From positions 1-64,000 of the IMG/VR virus record IMGVR_UViG_2710724122_000003: a DNA stretch of 64,000 nucleotides; one strand, 5' to 3'. Positions 30,038 through 40,384 of this stretch are shown here, one piece after another (positions within the stretch are counted from its first letter, which is position 1; every line of letters begins with the position of its first letter). Made by a program: the position numbers and the translations under genes. This DNA comes from an uncultured virus (IMG/VR IMGVR_UViG_2710724122_000003). Its lineage: Duplodnaviria; Heunggongvirae; Uroviricota; Caudoviricetes. The notes below the pieces were generated by a model. The model saw only the letters and a program-made list of their open reading frames with translations. It did not search any database and had not been told where the DNA came from.

Positions 30038-31550
30038 CTTTCATTACATTTACGAGTTCTTCCTTAGCATTACCACCAGCTGATTTTTGTAGCTTCTCAC
30101 TTAACCCTTCCTCCCAACCACTTACCTTACGATGTCTTTCTAAAACTAAAGCAACTGGTTGATCCGCTTCAGGAATATCATAATCTGAGAGCTCTTTATT
30201 TAGCATATTACTAGCAATATTGCGTATATCCTGGAATGTTAAACCACCCTTATCAGCAAGTACCTCAATGGTTTTAACCATATCCTCCGTGTTACTGATC
30301 TCTGATTTTCGTAGGTTTACGTATACGTGTTTTAATCCATATGGAAGTAGCAGTACATTGTTAATAATAAATTCTAAAGCGCTTCGTTCCGGTTCAAATA
30401 CCTGCTCCTCTGTAATCTCTCGTACAGATTCAGCAGTTGCTCTGTTAAAGTCGCGAATATAACCTACATATACGTCTGGTAAACGGAATGCTGATTGTAC
30501 TTTTTGACGTGATTTCTCATCGTATTCAAGGAATAGAGCATCATTTTGCAGGATATCTGCTAGTGATTTAAGCTCGATATCCACTGACGTTGAAGTATCA
30601 CCTACAATACCCTCTTCAGCACTTTCCACTTGCAGTAGCAGATATTTATGTTGATTATCTTCACCTTCAACATTCGAAACATAATCAGTTAGAGCTGCTT
30701 CACTTTCTTCTGATAAAATCCCATTTTTCAGTAAGATAGCCATCGGAATATGACGCCCTTGTTTGAAATAGCGTAAATTTAATTCCTCTGCCTTCCTAGC
30801 TCCTACCATATGAACAACATGCGATACCCAACGTGGGATACCATAAGGGCCATTCCCTATCTTCAGTTGTATTACTTCAGTGGCGTTTTTTTCGCCAAAT
30901 GTAGAAGTACCAAATTGGCCAGTTTCTTTATTCAAGAATCGTGGATCCCCGAATTCTTTAAAGTACGTGTCAGTATTTCCTACTCGCTGCACATAGCGAC
31001 GAAATAGTTTTTTTCTTTTAACTTCATTTCCGTTAATGGTATAAGTAACCTCTTGAGGTTTATCATCCTTACGTGTGACCCTCATGTACTGCGACAACAT
31101 ATTTACTAATTCAGCAGGTTTCCCATCTAAATTACGAATCACTTCAATATATCCATTGCCTGTGGTTTCTCTATCGTCGATACTTGTCTCAAGAACTTCT
31201 TTAAACGGTTTGTCGAAACTAAATAAAGGAATTACCTCATCATTCACAAAGGACCATTCCATTTTCATCTCTGTCGTTTCTTTAATATCCCCTTGCTTAT
31301 ACTTCATCTCATGACCAAATCCAGCAATATTACGCTTATACGCATCAATACACTGCCCTAGAATCGTACTATTTTCCCTAATCTGCTGCAAATCTTCAAT
31401 TCTATAAGGCGGTTCGATAATATCATTAACTGCGTTCTTCTCATTCTCGTACTCTTGTTGGCGAGATAATACTTGAGTACTTGTCCCTGCTGCCTTAATT
31501 ACCTTTGCACTAACTTTCCTTTTCTTTGTCATTAAGTTGCTCCACCTCAT
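29994..31550 (-). CDS. Portal protein (PBSX XkdE-like)
   Basis: IIEPPY, YGIPRW, DFNRAT. Confidence 0.9.
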   Translation of the reverse strand: MRWSNLMTKKRKVSAKVIKAAGTSTQVLSRQQEYENEKNAVNDIIEPPYRIEDLQQIRENSTILGQCIDAYKRNIAGFGHEMKYKQGDIKETTEMKMEWSFVNDEVIPLFSFDKPFKEVLETSIDDRETTGNGYIEVIRNLDGKPAELVNMLSQYMRVTRKDDKPQEVTYTINGNEVKRKKLFRRYVQRVGNTDTYFKEFGDPRFLNKETGQFGTSTFGEKNATEVIQLKIGNGPYGIPRWVSHVVHMVGARKAEELNLRYFKQGRHIPMAILLKNGILSEESEAALTDYVSNVEGEDNQHKYLLLQVESAEEGIVGDTSTSVDIELKSLADILQNDALFLEYDEKSRQKVQSAFRLPDVYVGYIRDFNRATAESVREITEEQVFEPERSALEFIINNVLLLPYGLKHVYVNLRKSEISNTEDMVKTIEVLADKGGLTFQDIRNIASNMLNKELSDYDIPEADQPVALVLERHRKVSGWEEGLSEKLQKSAGGNAKEELVNVMKDVRDLLESMQDAED

Positions 31551-32851
31551 TTCTTTTTCTTCTTTTTACGTAATCCGAATATAATCGTGTTAATGAAGTA
31601 TCTCGTTTCGTCCATGTGATGATCATTCTCTTTAAGTGGTTTATCCTCACCGCGTTGGATCGCTTTTTCATCCCATATATAAGAGGCAAACTCCTTAAAC
31701 GTCTCAACGCAGCAATCGTTAAAGTATGCTCTGCCTGTATTAAGCGCTATACCAACGTTTCCAATTCCCTCTTTCACATTGTTACGAGCCTTATATACTT
31801 TCCTCTTATTACGCATCAATACAGCGATAAACGAAGCAGCCGAGGGATCAACTACTGTTCCTTTAATTGGCAAATCACCAACGAATTCCTCATAGTCTTC
31901 GTAGTATTCCTGATCTGTTTTCTGCTTCTCTGCATCACGGCCACTATAATGGTACTCCTTGATTTTGTACCACACTTCTTTGTCGCCTTCTTCAATACAT
32001 TTCCCCCATAATCCGTACGCCATAGCGTTCTGCGTACCGTAGTCGCAAGAAACATAATACTCAACGTAATTACGATCTACTAGATCAACTTTGTGCACTT
32101 CTTCCTTAAACATATCAAATACAAGACCTGAAGCAGCTGCCCACAATCCTAAAATATATCGTTTGAAGAAGACACCGCTATATAACTTGTAATAACGTTG
32201 TTTTGTCTTCTTAGAAAGGGATAAGTTATCATCCATAGTAAAGCGAACATGCAGTAAATTCTTTTCCTTGCGCTTGTCGAGCCATTCCAACTTAAACCAG
32301 TGATATGGACCTGCCGGATTGCAGTTGAACCATATTTTTGAGCCCTCTACTGAACAACGACCTGTCGCCTGATCTACGAAACTCCGAACCATCAGCGCTA
32401 CCTCATCAAAGAAGCATCCAGCAAGGGTAATTCCTTGAATTAAGTCCTGAGAACTTTCATCCTTACCACCAAAGATGTAAAAGAAATTAGTAACTCCATC
32501 CTTAGTAATTGAGAGCATATTTTCACTTCTATGATCTTTAACCTTATAACCACGAGACTTGAGCATTTTTTTAAGCGGCGTTATAACGTTACGACGATGC
32601 GAACCAATCGTTTTACCACACATACCGAAGTTCTCACCTTCGAATGATTCCATTGCCCACATAACATAGGAAAGAGCCATTGACACTGTTTTTCCGGCAC
32701 GAATAGAACCATCGCAAATAATCCCGTCATAATCTTTAACGGGACTGTTAGGCTTCCACCAGGTTAATACTTTCAACTGCTTCTTGGAGAATGGTTTAAA
32801 TTTAAAGGGGGCAGGTTTCTTTTTACGCTTCGGAATCGTCGTCATGGTCAT
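31547..32851 (-). CDS. terL: Terminase large subunit (PBSX family)
   Basis: GSIRAGKT, FFDEVA, DYGT, DHHMDE. Confidence 0.95.
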   Translation of the reverse strand: MTMTTIPKRKKKPAPFKFKPFSKKQLKVLTWWKPNSPVKDYDGIICDGSIRAGKTVSMALSYVMWAMESFEGENFGMCGKTIGSHRRNVITPLKKMLKSRGYKVKDHRSENMLSITKDGVTNFFYIFGGKDESSQDLIQGITLAGCFFDEVALMVRSFVDQATGRCSVEGSKIWFNCNPAGPYHWFKLEWLDKRKEKNLLHVRFTMDDNLSLSKKTKQRYYKLYSGVFFKRYILGLWAAASGLVFDMFKEEVHKVDLVDRNYVEYYVSCDYGTQNAMAYGLWGKCIEEGDKEVWYKIKEYHYSGRDAEKQKTDQEYYEDYEEFVGDLPIKGTVVDPSAASFIAVLMRNKRKVYKARNNVKEGIGNVGIALNTGRAYFNDCCVETFKEFASYIWDEKAIQRGEDKPLKENDHHMDETRYFINTIIFGLRKKKKKK

Positions 32852-33620
32852 CCCACACTTCCTCTACCTTTCCTTTTAGCGCCTCTTTGAAACCATCGTC
32901 TTCATACTCTTCGCCATCTTCTCCCTTAATACGAGCAGTGTCAGCTTTCGTTTTTTCAATGTTAACTTTCATCTGCTCTAACTTCAATCGTCTCTCATCA
33001 TCAGCATTTGCTAACTTATCGAACCTCTCAATCATAGAGGATAACGCTGTCATAGCGCGTGAATAAGCTGTAAGTAAATTAGCTTGTTTATCCCATGCAA
33101 ACTGCACTGTGTACGCGTCTCCATTCAGTGATTCGCTAATCATCTCTTTTGACATATCGTTTTGACTGCGAACATGCATAATACGTTGTGAATTAAGGAT
33201 ATTGAAGTATTGCAGTTGAATAGAGTGGAATAGCATATCTAATTCAGTATGATTTTGTATTTCATCTAGCAATTCCATTGCATTCGGATCGTCACTCGGG
33301 ATTATCTTCCTAAACAATCCATGCGTCATAGCGTTATGGTTCCCTTTTGGCGGGCCATGCCCTACTGCATTCTTGTTCCCATACTTAGGATTCTTGTTTC
33401 CCGGATTACCCACTGCATTCTTATTCCCAATGGGTGCACCTGTTTTCTTGGTTTGGGTGCATCCTTTTTCGTCTTTTAGGTGCACCCCTTTTCGATTCCA
33501 GCCATGCCTTTTTCTCCAGGACTTAATTGTATTAATACTGACCTCATATTTCTCAGCCAATTCCTTATACTTCATACCTTGCATGTAATCTTCTTGAGCT
33601 AACTCGTGTTTTTGTTTCAC
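32823..33620 (-). CDS. terS: Terminase small subunit
   Basis: N-terminal HTH (TIKSWRKRHGW), GAPxGNKNA repeats. Confidence 0.9.
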   Translation of the reverse strand: MKQKHELAQEDYMQGMKYKELAEKYEVSINTIKSWRKRHGWNRKGVHLKDEKGCTQTKKTGAPIGNKNAVGNPGNKNPKYGNKNAVGHGPPKGNHNAMTHGLFRKIIPSDDPNAMELLDEIQNHTELDMLFHSIQLQYFNILNSQRIMHVRSQNDMSKEMISESLNGDAYTVQFAWDKQANLLTAYSRAMTALSSMIERFDKLANADDERRLKLEQMKVNIEKTKADTARIKGEDGEEYEDDGFKEALKGKVEEVWDDHDDDSEA

Positions 33621-33750
33621 TCCATATCACCCACCACCTTCTATATAATAGGAAGAAACTCGTCATAACTCTTCCTTATAGTAATTACTCTTTAAAATCC
33701 TTTTATTTAAATGTATAATTATATAAAAAGTTCTAAAAATTTGAATCGAG

Positions 33751-33963
33751 GTGAAAATCATGAGAAGTTTTAGTTCATTATTGATCTCTACTATCTGTTC
33801 AGCAATCCTCTTAGTTTGTAGTTCCCTTTCTTTTTATAATGAATTCTCAACAGGACATACATACTACTGGATTTACGGTATCATAGCCTTGGTTTTCCTT
33901 CTATTCTTTATCTTAAACGTGCGAGATATCATCAAGAAAAACTATAGAACATCAGGACAATAG
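33751..33963 (+). CDS. Small membrane protein (moron)
   Basis: Own TG-TATAAT promoter, RBS, two TM segments. Confidence 0.7.
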   Translation: MKIMRSFSSLLISTICSAILLVCSSLSFYNEFSTGHTYYWIYGIIALVFLLFFILNVRDIIKKNYRTSGQ

Positions 33964-33966
33964 GAG

Positions 33967-34197
33967 TTGATACATATGTGGAAAAAAATTAAGAATTATA
34001 GATTGAGCTTAAAAGATTTAAAGTTCATGTTATGGTTGTTCGGTATTACTTGTTTTATATACGGCTACAATTTCATTACAGGATTAGCTTTTGACCACAA
34101 ATTCCAAGTCTATTATTTAGGTGGCGCTATAGCGACATTCGCCGCATTTATGGATACTAAAAATAAGATTAAAAATAAGAATTATAAGACAGCGTAA
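33967..34197 (+). CDS. Small membrane protein (moron)
   Basis: RBS, two TM segments, terminator after. Confidence 0.7.
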   Translation: MIHMWKKIKNYRLSLKDLKFMLWLFGITCFIYGYNFITGLAFDHKFQVYYLGGAIATFAAFMDTKNKIKNKNYKTA

Positions 34198-34263
34198 TGT
34201 AAAAGGGATCTTTCGGGATTCCTTTTTTCTATGCAAAATAAAAAAGCAGCGGATTCGCTACTT

Positions 34264-34578
34264 TCATTTCTTCCAATCTTTAAAGTCTTTATATTTCTTT
34301 TTATAAACTTTTTCGCTTACATTATCATGCCACTTATTGTCTTTCTCATCTCTACCATCTTTGAAGTTGAACTCGCTTATATCACCGTTTACATTTAGCC
34401 ATTCTGGATTATTAAGAACATATCGATAAATAAACATCCTAGCTTTTTTTAATGAATCGAATTTTTCTTTAAATGGAATAAATTCATCATTTTTATATCT
34501 TATTACTTCATATACTCCATTTTCTTTATCTCCTCTTGTTTCGAAATACGGTTTAGTAAAACGATCCAACTTCTTCAT
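34264..34578 (-). CDS. Hypothetical protein
   Basis: 104-aa ORF with RBS. Confidence 0.7.
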   Translation of the reverse strand: MKKLDRFTKPYFETRGDKENGVYEVIRYKNDEFIPFKEKFDSLKKARMFIYRYVLNNPEWLNVNGDISEFNFKDGRDEKDNKWHDNVSEKVYKKKYKDFKDWKK

Positions 34579-34651
34579 CTCTACATCCCCTTTCTAATTA
34601 GATTCATTATACAAAATAAAAGAGGCTAATTTAGAAAGGTTTCATACTTTT

Positions 34652-35236
34652 TTATAACAAACCTTGTTCTTTCGCTCTCTCATAAAGAACTGTACGACTT
34701 ACACCAGTAACTTCACATATCTTTTTTACTGTAAACTTATTCGTCTCTCGATTCGCAAGCAAATCTAAAGCATGTTCCATGTTAGGATTATCATCGTCAT
34801 ATTTCTTAGGGCGCCCTTTATAAACACCACGTTCTTTGGCTAGTTCAATCCCCTCTCTTTGTCGCATTCGAATCAGGTCACGCTCTAACTGATTAACACC
34901 AGCCATGACAGTAAGTAGGAAAGTGCTATATGGATTTTCACTTGTTGTATCTAACCAAGTATCTTTTATCGATTTAATCGATGCACCTTTTCCTTTAATT
35001 GTTTCTATAAGCTTGAATAAATCTTGAGTACTCCTACTAATTCGAGTTAAATCTGTAACGACGACTATATCACTTTCACACAAATTATCCAACATCCGTA
35101 GTAATTCTGATCTATCGGTTGTCGCCCCACTCGTTTTCTCCTCAAATATATAATCACATCCATAATCATTTAACTGTTTGAGTTGTCTTGCTAAGTTTTG
35201 TTCCTGTGTAGATACGCGAGCATACCCAAGAATCAT
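34652..35236 (-). CDS. Small serine recombinase (resolvase)
   Basis: GYARVST catalytic Ser, DLTRISRS, GRPK, C-terminal HTH. Confidence 0.95.
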   Translation of the reverse strand: MILGYARVSTQEQNLARQLKQLNDYGCDYIFEEKTSGATTDRSELLRMLDNLCESDIVVVTDLTRISRSTQDLFKLIETIKGKGASIKSIKDTWLDTTSENPYSTFLLTVMAGVNQLERDLIRMRQREGIELAKERGVYKGRPKKYDDDNPNMEHALDLLANRETNKFTVKKICEVTGVSRTVLYERAKEQGLL

Positions 35237-35249
35237 CTCATATCTCTCC

Positions 35250-35410
35250 TTCGTCCGTATAAGTGTCCGGAAATTAACTATAAGTCAATAATATCATTGT
35301 TTTTCCGTACATGTAAACAGGACATTAAACAACTTATAAAATAAGGATTTTAATTATGTCTAAAATGTGAACAAAATAAATCCTGAAAGAGTAGACCTAA
35401 TCAGGACGTT
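35250..35410. promoter_or_regulatory. Probable res site upstream of the resolvase
   Basis: Spaced GTCC/GGAC-bounded imperfect inverted repeats directly upstream of the gene. Confidence 0.45.
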
Positions 35411-35763
35411 TAACTATCTATATTTTCGCTTAGAAATTTTAACATTCCTTATACAACATTTAAATTTCATGATATAATTTCAATCGTGAATGAGAATTAC
35501 CTCTCACAACCTGTATATTGTCTTGTTATTCGTTTTCTACCTAGTAGGTTATAGCGAACGACAAGGCTTTTATTTTATACTTACTTTTCGTTCGTTGTGT
35601 TCGTTTGTTTTGTTAGACTTCAACATCGCAACGATACTAGATAAGCAAAAGAAAAACCAACCAATAAACCAAGTAGATAACCAAGGATTTTCATAAATCA
35701 CTTCCATTTTTACCCGCAACCTTTCTCATTTCGTTATACTGTAATAAAAGGAGATGAATTAAT

Positions 35764-36522
35764 ATGGAAATAAATATTATTCCAAAATTTCTAGATGAAG
35801 CTGTAACACCATTAGCACAAAGAGCAGGGAATACTCTATCCTCAATTTGGACTATTGCATTTGGAGGAATAGATATCTACGCAGAAAAAGCTCAGCTAAA
35901 ACGAGTTCATGCACTGAATCAATTTAAGCAAGAATTAGAACAGGCTGTATCATCTATACCAGAGGAAAATATAGTTGAACCACCATTACATATTGTAGGA
36001 CCAAGCTTAGAGGCATCTAAATATTATTTCGAAAATGATGAACTAAGAACAATGTTTGCTAAACTTATAGCCGCATCGATTAACAAGGAAACAATCTCTA
36101 ATGCTCATCCATCATTTGTCGAAATTATTAAACAGCTTTCTCCATTAGATGCAATTAATTTAAAACTATTTAAAGACAATAACAGACACCCTATAGTCAA
36201 TTATGTCTTTGTTACTGATTCTGGCGGAACAATGCCTCATAAACTAAATACTTTTTTTGGAAGTGATGCTAATACAGATACAGATTTAAACGCAGCATCT
36301 ATTTCAAATTTAGATCGCTTAGGCTTAGTTTCAATTTCTTATGAGCATCATTTAACTGATGATGCTCGTTATACACCACATGAAAATACACTAGAATACA
36401 GAGCCCTGAAAGAACATTTCAAACTTCGCACTCAAAATGCACCTGTTTGCGATATTGATATTCAAAAAGGAATAGTTGACGTTACACCGTTCGGAGAAAA
36501 CTTCATCAAATTATGCATTTAG
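35764..36522 (+). CDS. DUF4393/Abi-alpha family protein
   Basis: IVGPSLEASKY, MFAKLIAAS, HPSFVEIIKQLSPLDA, NLDRLGL, TPFGENF. Confidence 0.85.
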   Translation: MEINIIPKFLDEAVTPLAQRAGNTLSSIWTIAFGGIDIYAEKAQLKRVHALNQFKQELEQAVSSIPEENIVEPPLHIVGPSLEASKYYFENDELRTMFAKLIAASINKETISNAHPSFVEIIKQLSPLDAINLKLFKDNNRHPIVNYVFVTDSGGTMPHKLNTFFGSDANTDTDLNAASISNLDRLGLVSISYEHHLTDDARYTPHENTLEYRALKEHFKLRTQNAPVCDIDIQKGIVDVTPFGENFIKLCI

Positions 36523-36674
36523 AAGAAAGTCATCGGTTCACAAATAAAGTGATCTGATGACTTTTTTCTTCCCCCTCACCTTCTTATCTTTCCTTAACAA
36601 CAATCAATCTGTTCAAATTAACGTTTAATGTGTAATTTCTATATAACAAAGAAAAAAGCACCGTAATAGGTGCT

Positions 36675-37244
36675 TTACCATTTACCATTAGCAAGATCTA
36701 ACATTCTTTGATGATATTCTGGATCTTCTTCCTTAGCATCGAATGTTATACTTCTGTCTACATATGATGATAGCCAATCATAGTCGTATCTATGATCAGT
36801 CCAGGTAACAATAAATATCTTTTTGAGTTTTCTTCTTTCAAGTATGTCGTTTAGAAACTCATCCTTCACCTTACTATTTTTTTCGCAAAATGAATCCATT
36901 GGGTATACGATGGCGAAATCTAATTCAAAAGGAGTTCGCCCCCAGGTAGATCTAGTAAACAAAGAATCAAAATATAGAATCTTTCCTTTAGACTTGTAAG
37001 CTTGTCCAGAAGAAATTTTCTTATTTATTGGTACATCATATCCTGCATGTTCTAAAAAAGTTGTGATATTCTGCATTGAATTAGTTCTAAAAACACCACT
37101 TGTTAAGCTTTCATTTTGATTTAACATCTCTAAAACTAATGAATGCTTTTCATATTGATGCGTACCCTTAATTAACATGACTTTTTCTGAATCAGATTTA
37201 ATAAAATCATTAATCTCTTTTATTGCATTTTCTCTATTATTCAT
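36675..37244 (-). CDS. Hypothetical protein with degenerate P-loop-like N-terminus
   Basis: MLIKGTHQYEKH in a Walker-A-like position; own promoter and RBS. Confidence 0.7.
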   Translation of the reverse strand: MNNRENAIKEINDFIKSDSEKVMLIKGTHQYEKHSLVLEMLNQNESLTSGVFRTNSMQNITTFLEHAGYDVPINKKISSGQAYKSKGKILYFDSLFTRSTWGRTPFELDFAIVYPMDSFCEKNSKVKDEFLNDILERRKLKKIFIVTWTDHRYDYDWLSSYVDRSITFDAKEEDPEYHQRMLDLANGKW

Positions 37245-37290
37245 TAATCTCTTCCCCTTTTTTCGTTTTCTCCATCTTTTTTATTATAAC

Positions 37291-38085
37291 AAAAAAAGAA
37301 ACCGTCACTAATGTAACGGCTCTTTCACAGCTTAGAATAATATTAAAGGGGATGGGAGAAACATTCACGAAAGGGGAATTTCAATATGAATCAATTTAAG
37401 AGTAATTTTCATACTCTTCTCCAAGCCACCGCATCATGTAATTTTTTAGCTCTTATTAGCTACGCGCTTTACGTTCGTTGACTGGGAGAAGACTAAGAAT
37501 CTTCTCGTTTTAAGTCCGTGGACTCGAGAGTTATGAGGTAACTCTCTTATAAAGGTTTTTTAATTTACATCAAGACAGTACTACGTTTTTCCACTGCCTT
37601 ACTCTAGATAACAAGATTAGTAGGGAGATGTACGCGGACAGGGGAATTATCCGTCTTATTATCTAGAGTAAAGGAGTGACAAGTTCCTTTACACCCTGTT
37701 TTATCCCAATAGTAAAAATCGTGAGTAATTACTATAGGTGATAATTCAAGCTACGTATACAACAAGAATAGCAAGTATTGCTCACTCAATCATGAGCAAC
37801 CACCCCCATTCCATTTTCAAGAAACGGTATTAACAAAGAATAAGAAAGTTTATGTTCACTATCAACCCAGAGGACATGGCGGTCTCTGAGCTGAACACTA
37901 AACATAATAGAAACAGCATGACGAATGCGAGTTGTCTCACACCCGCCACACTGGAATATGTCATTGTTAATTACTTAAGGGAATCTTACCACCCTCACGG
38001 CGAGATTCTTACCGCCCATGCCTGCCCTTCCGCAGTATACGTTAAGGTGTACTAATCCTCTTCGTTATGCGGTTTTCAAAGGGCT
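37291..38085 (-). ncRNA. Putative structured non-coding late-region RNA(s)
   Basis: ~800 nt with no credible ORF, many hairpins (e.g. 37597-37674, 37853-37903) and a minus-strand terminator at 37291-37323. Confidence 0.45.
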
Positions 38086-38291
38086 TGTACATTAAGAATA
38101 CCGTTGATTTCATTATCAAAATTCCCCCTATTTATTCCCCTTTTTTGTCGGGATTTTGTCGACGTTTTGAAAAACATAAACATTCCAATTTATTATATTT
38201 TTTCTTTTTTTGATAATATATGTATCTTATTCAAGTATCAATATCATATAATTAAATTATTATAATTTTATATAAGTAAGGATGGTTAGAA

Positions 38292-38624
38292 ATGACGGTA
38301 CAACAAGAAAAAGTAACAAGGCGCGTTGTTTGTAGGAAATGTAAATCAGATCAAATAGTTGGTAATAAACGTGGTTATAATTTCAAAAGGATGTTTTTAA
38401 TTCTGTTTCTTATGTTAGCTACACTTATAACTATTGGATTAGCTGCTATTTCTGTTCATGATATAATTCCTATAAATTCCCCTCTTCGTGATATAGCCGC
38501 ACTTATTGTTGGATTTATTATGTTCCTAGGAGCACCGATAACTTTATTCAGTGGATTTATTGGTAGAAAAAATATCGTCAATGGTTGCATGAACTGCGGA
38601 CATACATGGATGCCTAAAAAATAA
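38292..38624 (+). CDS. Membrane protein with split CxxC...CxxC Zn ribbon (moron)
   Basis: CRKC and CMNC flank two TM helices. Confidence 0.75.
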   Translation: MTVQQEKVTRRVVCRKCKSDQIVGNKRGYNFKRMFLILFLMLATLITIGLAAISVHDIIPINSPLRDIAALIVGFIMFLGAPITLFSGFIGRKNIVNGCMNCGHTWMPKK

Positions 38625-38683
38625 AACATAAAAAGCCAAATGGATAGTTAATTAAAAACTGTCAATTTGGCTTTTTTGTATTA

Positions 38684-39070
38684 TTAAATCATCCCTAAAG
38701 ATGTAGCGATCAATCGAATCGCATTTTTCTTCTTATAATAGAAATGATCTTTCTTCATCGATAATTCAGTATAAATAAAGCTGTCTTTCGGTTTATCCGC
38801 TTTTAAGTACTTTCTCTTGATGATCTCTGCCTCGTCATAGTCTAAAACGTACTGTAGAGCCTTATCGATCTGCTTGAACTTGATATTGCTAATATGTCTC
38901 GTGTCTCTAATCTCCGGAAACAAACTGATTCCTTCGTGTTTTAACTCCACTTCATTTTCAAAACGCGTTTTCAATGCGCGGTATTCCTTTAGTATTTTCG
39001 CTACCTCTTTCTGAACCTGTTTCTCTGTCTCTCTATCGATAGCTGGTAATAAGGTTAATTGTCTCTCCAT
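38684..39070 (-). CDS. arpU: ArpU family late transcriptional activator
   Basis: LDYDEAEIIKRKYL...YYKKKNAIRLIATSLG; position before late genes. Confidence 0.88.
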   Translation of the reverse strand: MERQLTLLPAIDRETEKQVQKEVAKILKEYRALKTRFENEVELKHEGISLFPEIRDTRHISNIKFKQIDKALQYVLDYDEAEIIKRKYLKADKPKDSFIYTELSMKKDHFYYKKKNAIRLIATSLGMI

Positions 39071-39208
39071 GAAGGAATCCCCCTATTGCTGAATTTTGTT
39101 TTTTACATTCACATCAGGTACGTGAAATTTTACTATCTCTTTGTTGAATAAGGGAAACGTGCATAGCGAGTAGCCCCCACCATCCACTCTGCATGGTTCC
39201 GTTATCCA

Positions 39209-39838
39209 TTAAGCCTTTAATAATTTACGTTTCTTGTTGGCCATCTTCTCTTTTGCTGCTTCAATGTTATTTGCTACTTTCTTATGGTCCTGATCAAATT
39301 GAATCATTCCATCAAACATAACTGGTGCTACTGCTTCATCAATGTATTGCAAGTAATCCACTGGCGCTCGTTCTGTCTGCTCTACTAAGTATCCATAAAT
39401 ATCAAAGTCTGCTCTTGGTATAGACTTCTTGCCCTTTGGTTGATGAGACATCCTTACATAAGATTGAATGATTGATAGTGGTACTGCGAATACTGACTTA
39501 TCCTTACTAAACTCTATAAGGAAGAAGCATATTGCTCCCATCTTTTCTGCTTTCTCCAGATAATCCAATTGATGCTGCGCAATGTTCTTTAAATCAAAAC
39601 GTGTGTCCTTCTCTGTAGATTTAGCTTCAAACGCTATAGCTCGTCCCTTATACACGCCGTCATAGTCTACTGTACTTTTAGCTTCATAGAATCCATTTAG
39701 TACACGGCCACCTTTACTTTTTAACACTTTCACAGGAGTCGGGCGCTTATTTATAAGCGCCACCTCCCCTCTTTGATACATTTCGTTCGCTAGATTGATA
39801 AGCATTTCAAATGCCATTCCACGGTTTCCTAGTCCCAT
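39209..39838 (-). CDS. recU: RecU-family Holliday junction resolvase
   Basis: NRGMAFE, KSTVDYDG, FEAKST, HQLDYL. Confidence 0.9.
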   Translation of the reverse strand: MGLGNRGMAFEMLINLANEMYQRGEVALINKRPTPVKVLKSKGGRVLNGFYEAKSTVDYDGVYKGRAIAFEAKSTEKDTRFDLKNIAQHQLDYLEKAEKMGAICFFLIEFSKDKSVFAVPLSIIQSYVRMSHQPKGKKSIPRADFDIYGYLVEQTERAPVDYLQYIDEAVAPVMFDGMIQFDQDHKKVANNIEAAKEKMANKKRKLLKA

Positions 39839-39956
39839 TGTTATTCCTCGCTTTCTATTAAAAAGATTAATTTTGTTTAAATCTTCCTTAAATCGTATCA
39901 CTATTGATTAACCTCAAATATTTTTCCTGTATAATACAATTAAGTAATTAATAGGA

Positions 39957-40139
39957 GTGTTATTCATGCCAGATATATTAAGACTCGTTATCTTTATTGT
40001 TGTTGCAATTGGTGCAATCATTAACTTATACCTAGAGTTTAAAAAGCCTAAAAAAAGTATATTCTCAATAATTTTTCTATCGATACTCCTTATTGGAGCC
40101 TCAGGATTAATTAAAGATATTTTATCTCGACTTTTATAG
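39957..40139 (+). CDS. Small two-TM membrane protein (cassette)
   Basis: Own promoter (TTGATT...TATAAT) and RBS; opposite to phage operon. Confidence 0.7.
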   Translation: MLFMPDILRLVIFIVVAIGAIINLYLEFKKPKKSIFSIIFLSILLIGASGLIKDILSRLL

Positions 40140-40384
40140 ATGAATAAAACTCAATATTTCGTCAATAATATAAACAACATGATAGTTTCTCCATTCCCCC
40201 TTGGAGATGAGCAGTTAGCTTTTGCTAACTGCTCTTTTGTGATTCATCATCACATTATGATGAAGTGGTCATATATTATCTCGAATCAAAAAACCCTAAT
40301 TTACTTTTCAGTATCTCACTTTTTCCTTAAAGGGCACTTTATAAAGTGCTCTTTTTGGTTTTAAACTAATACAAAATGAAATTT

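Noticed and set aside
15420..33588. Many plus-strand ORFs over the structural operon
   Set aside because: Antisense shadows of well-supported minus-strand genes
34652..35236. Serine recombinase as phage integrase or transposon
   Set aside because: Only 194 aa, lacks recombinase and zinc-ribbon domains; no transposase or terminal repeats seen
37291..38085. tRNA genes or a known riboswitch in the late non-coding region
   Set aside because: No cloverleaf/TTCGA arm or riboswitch consensus that I could confirm by eye
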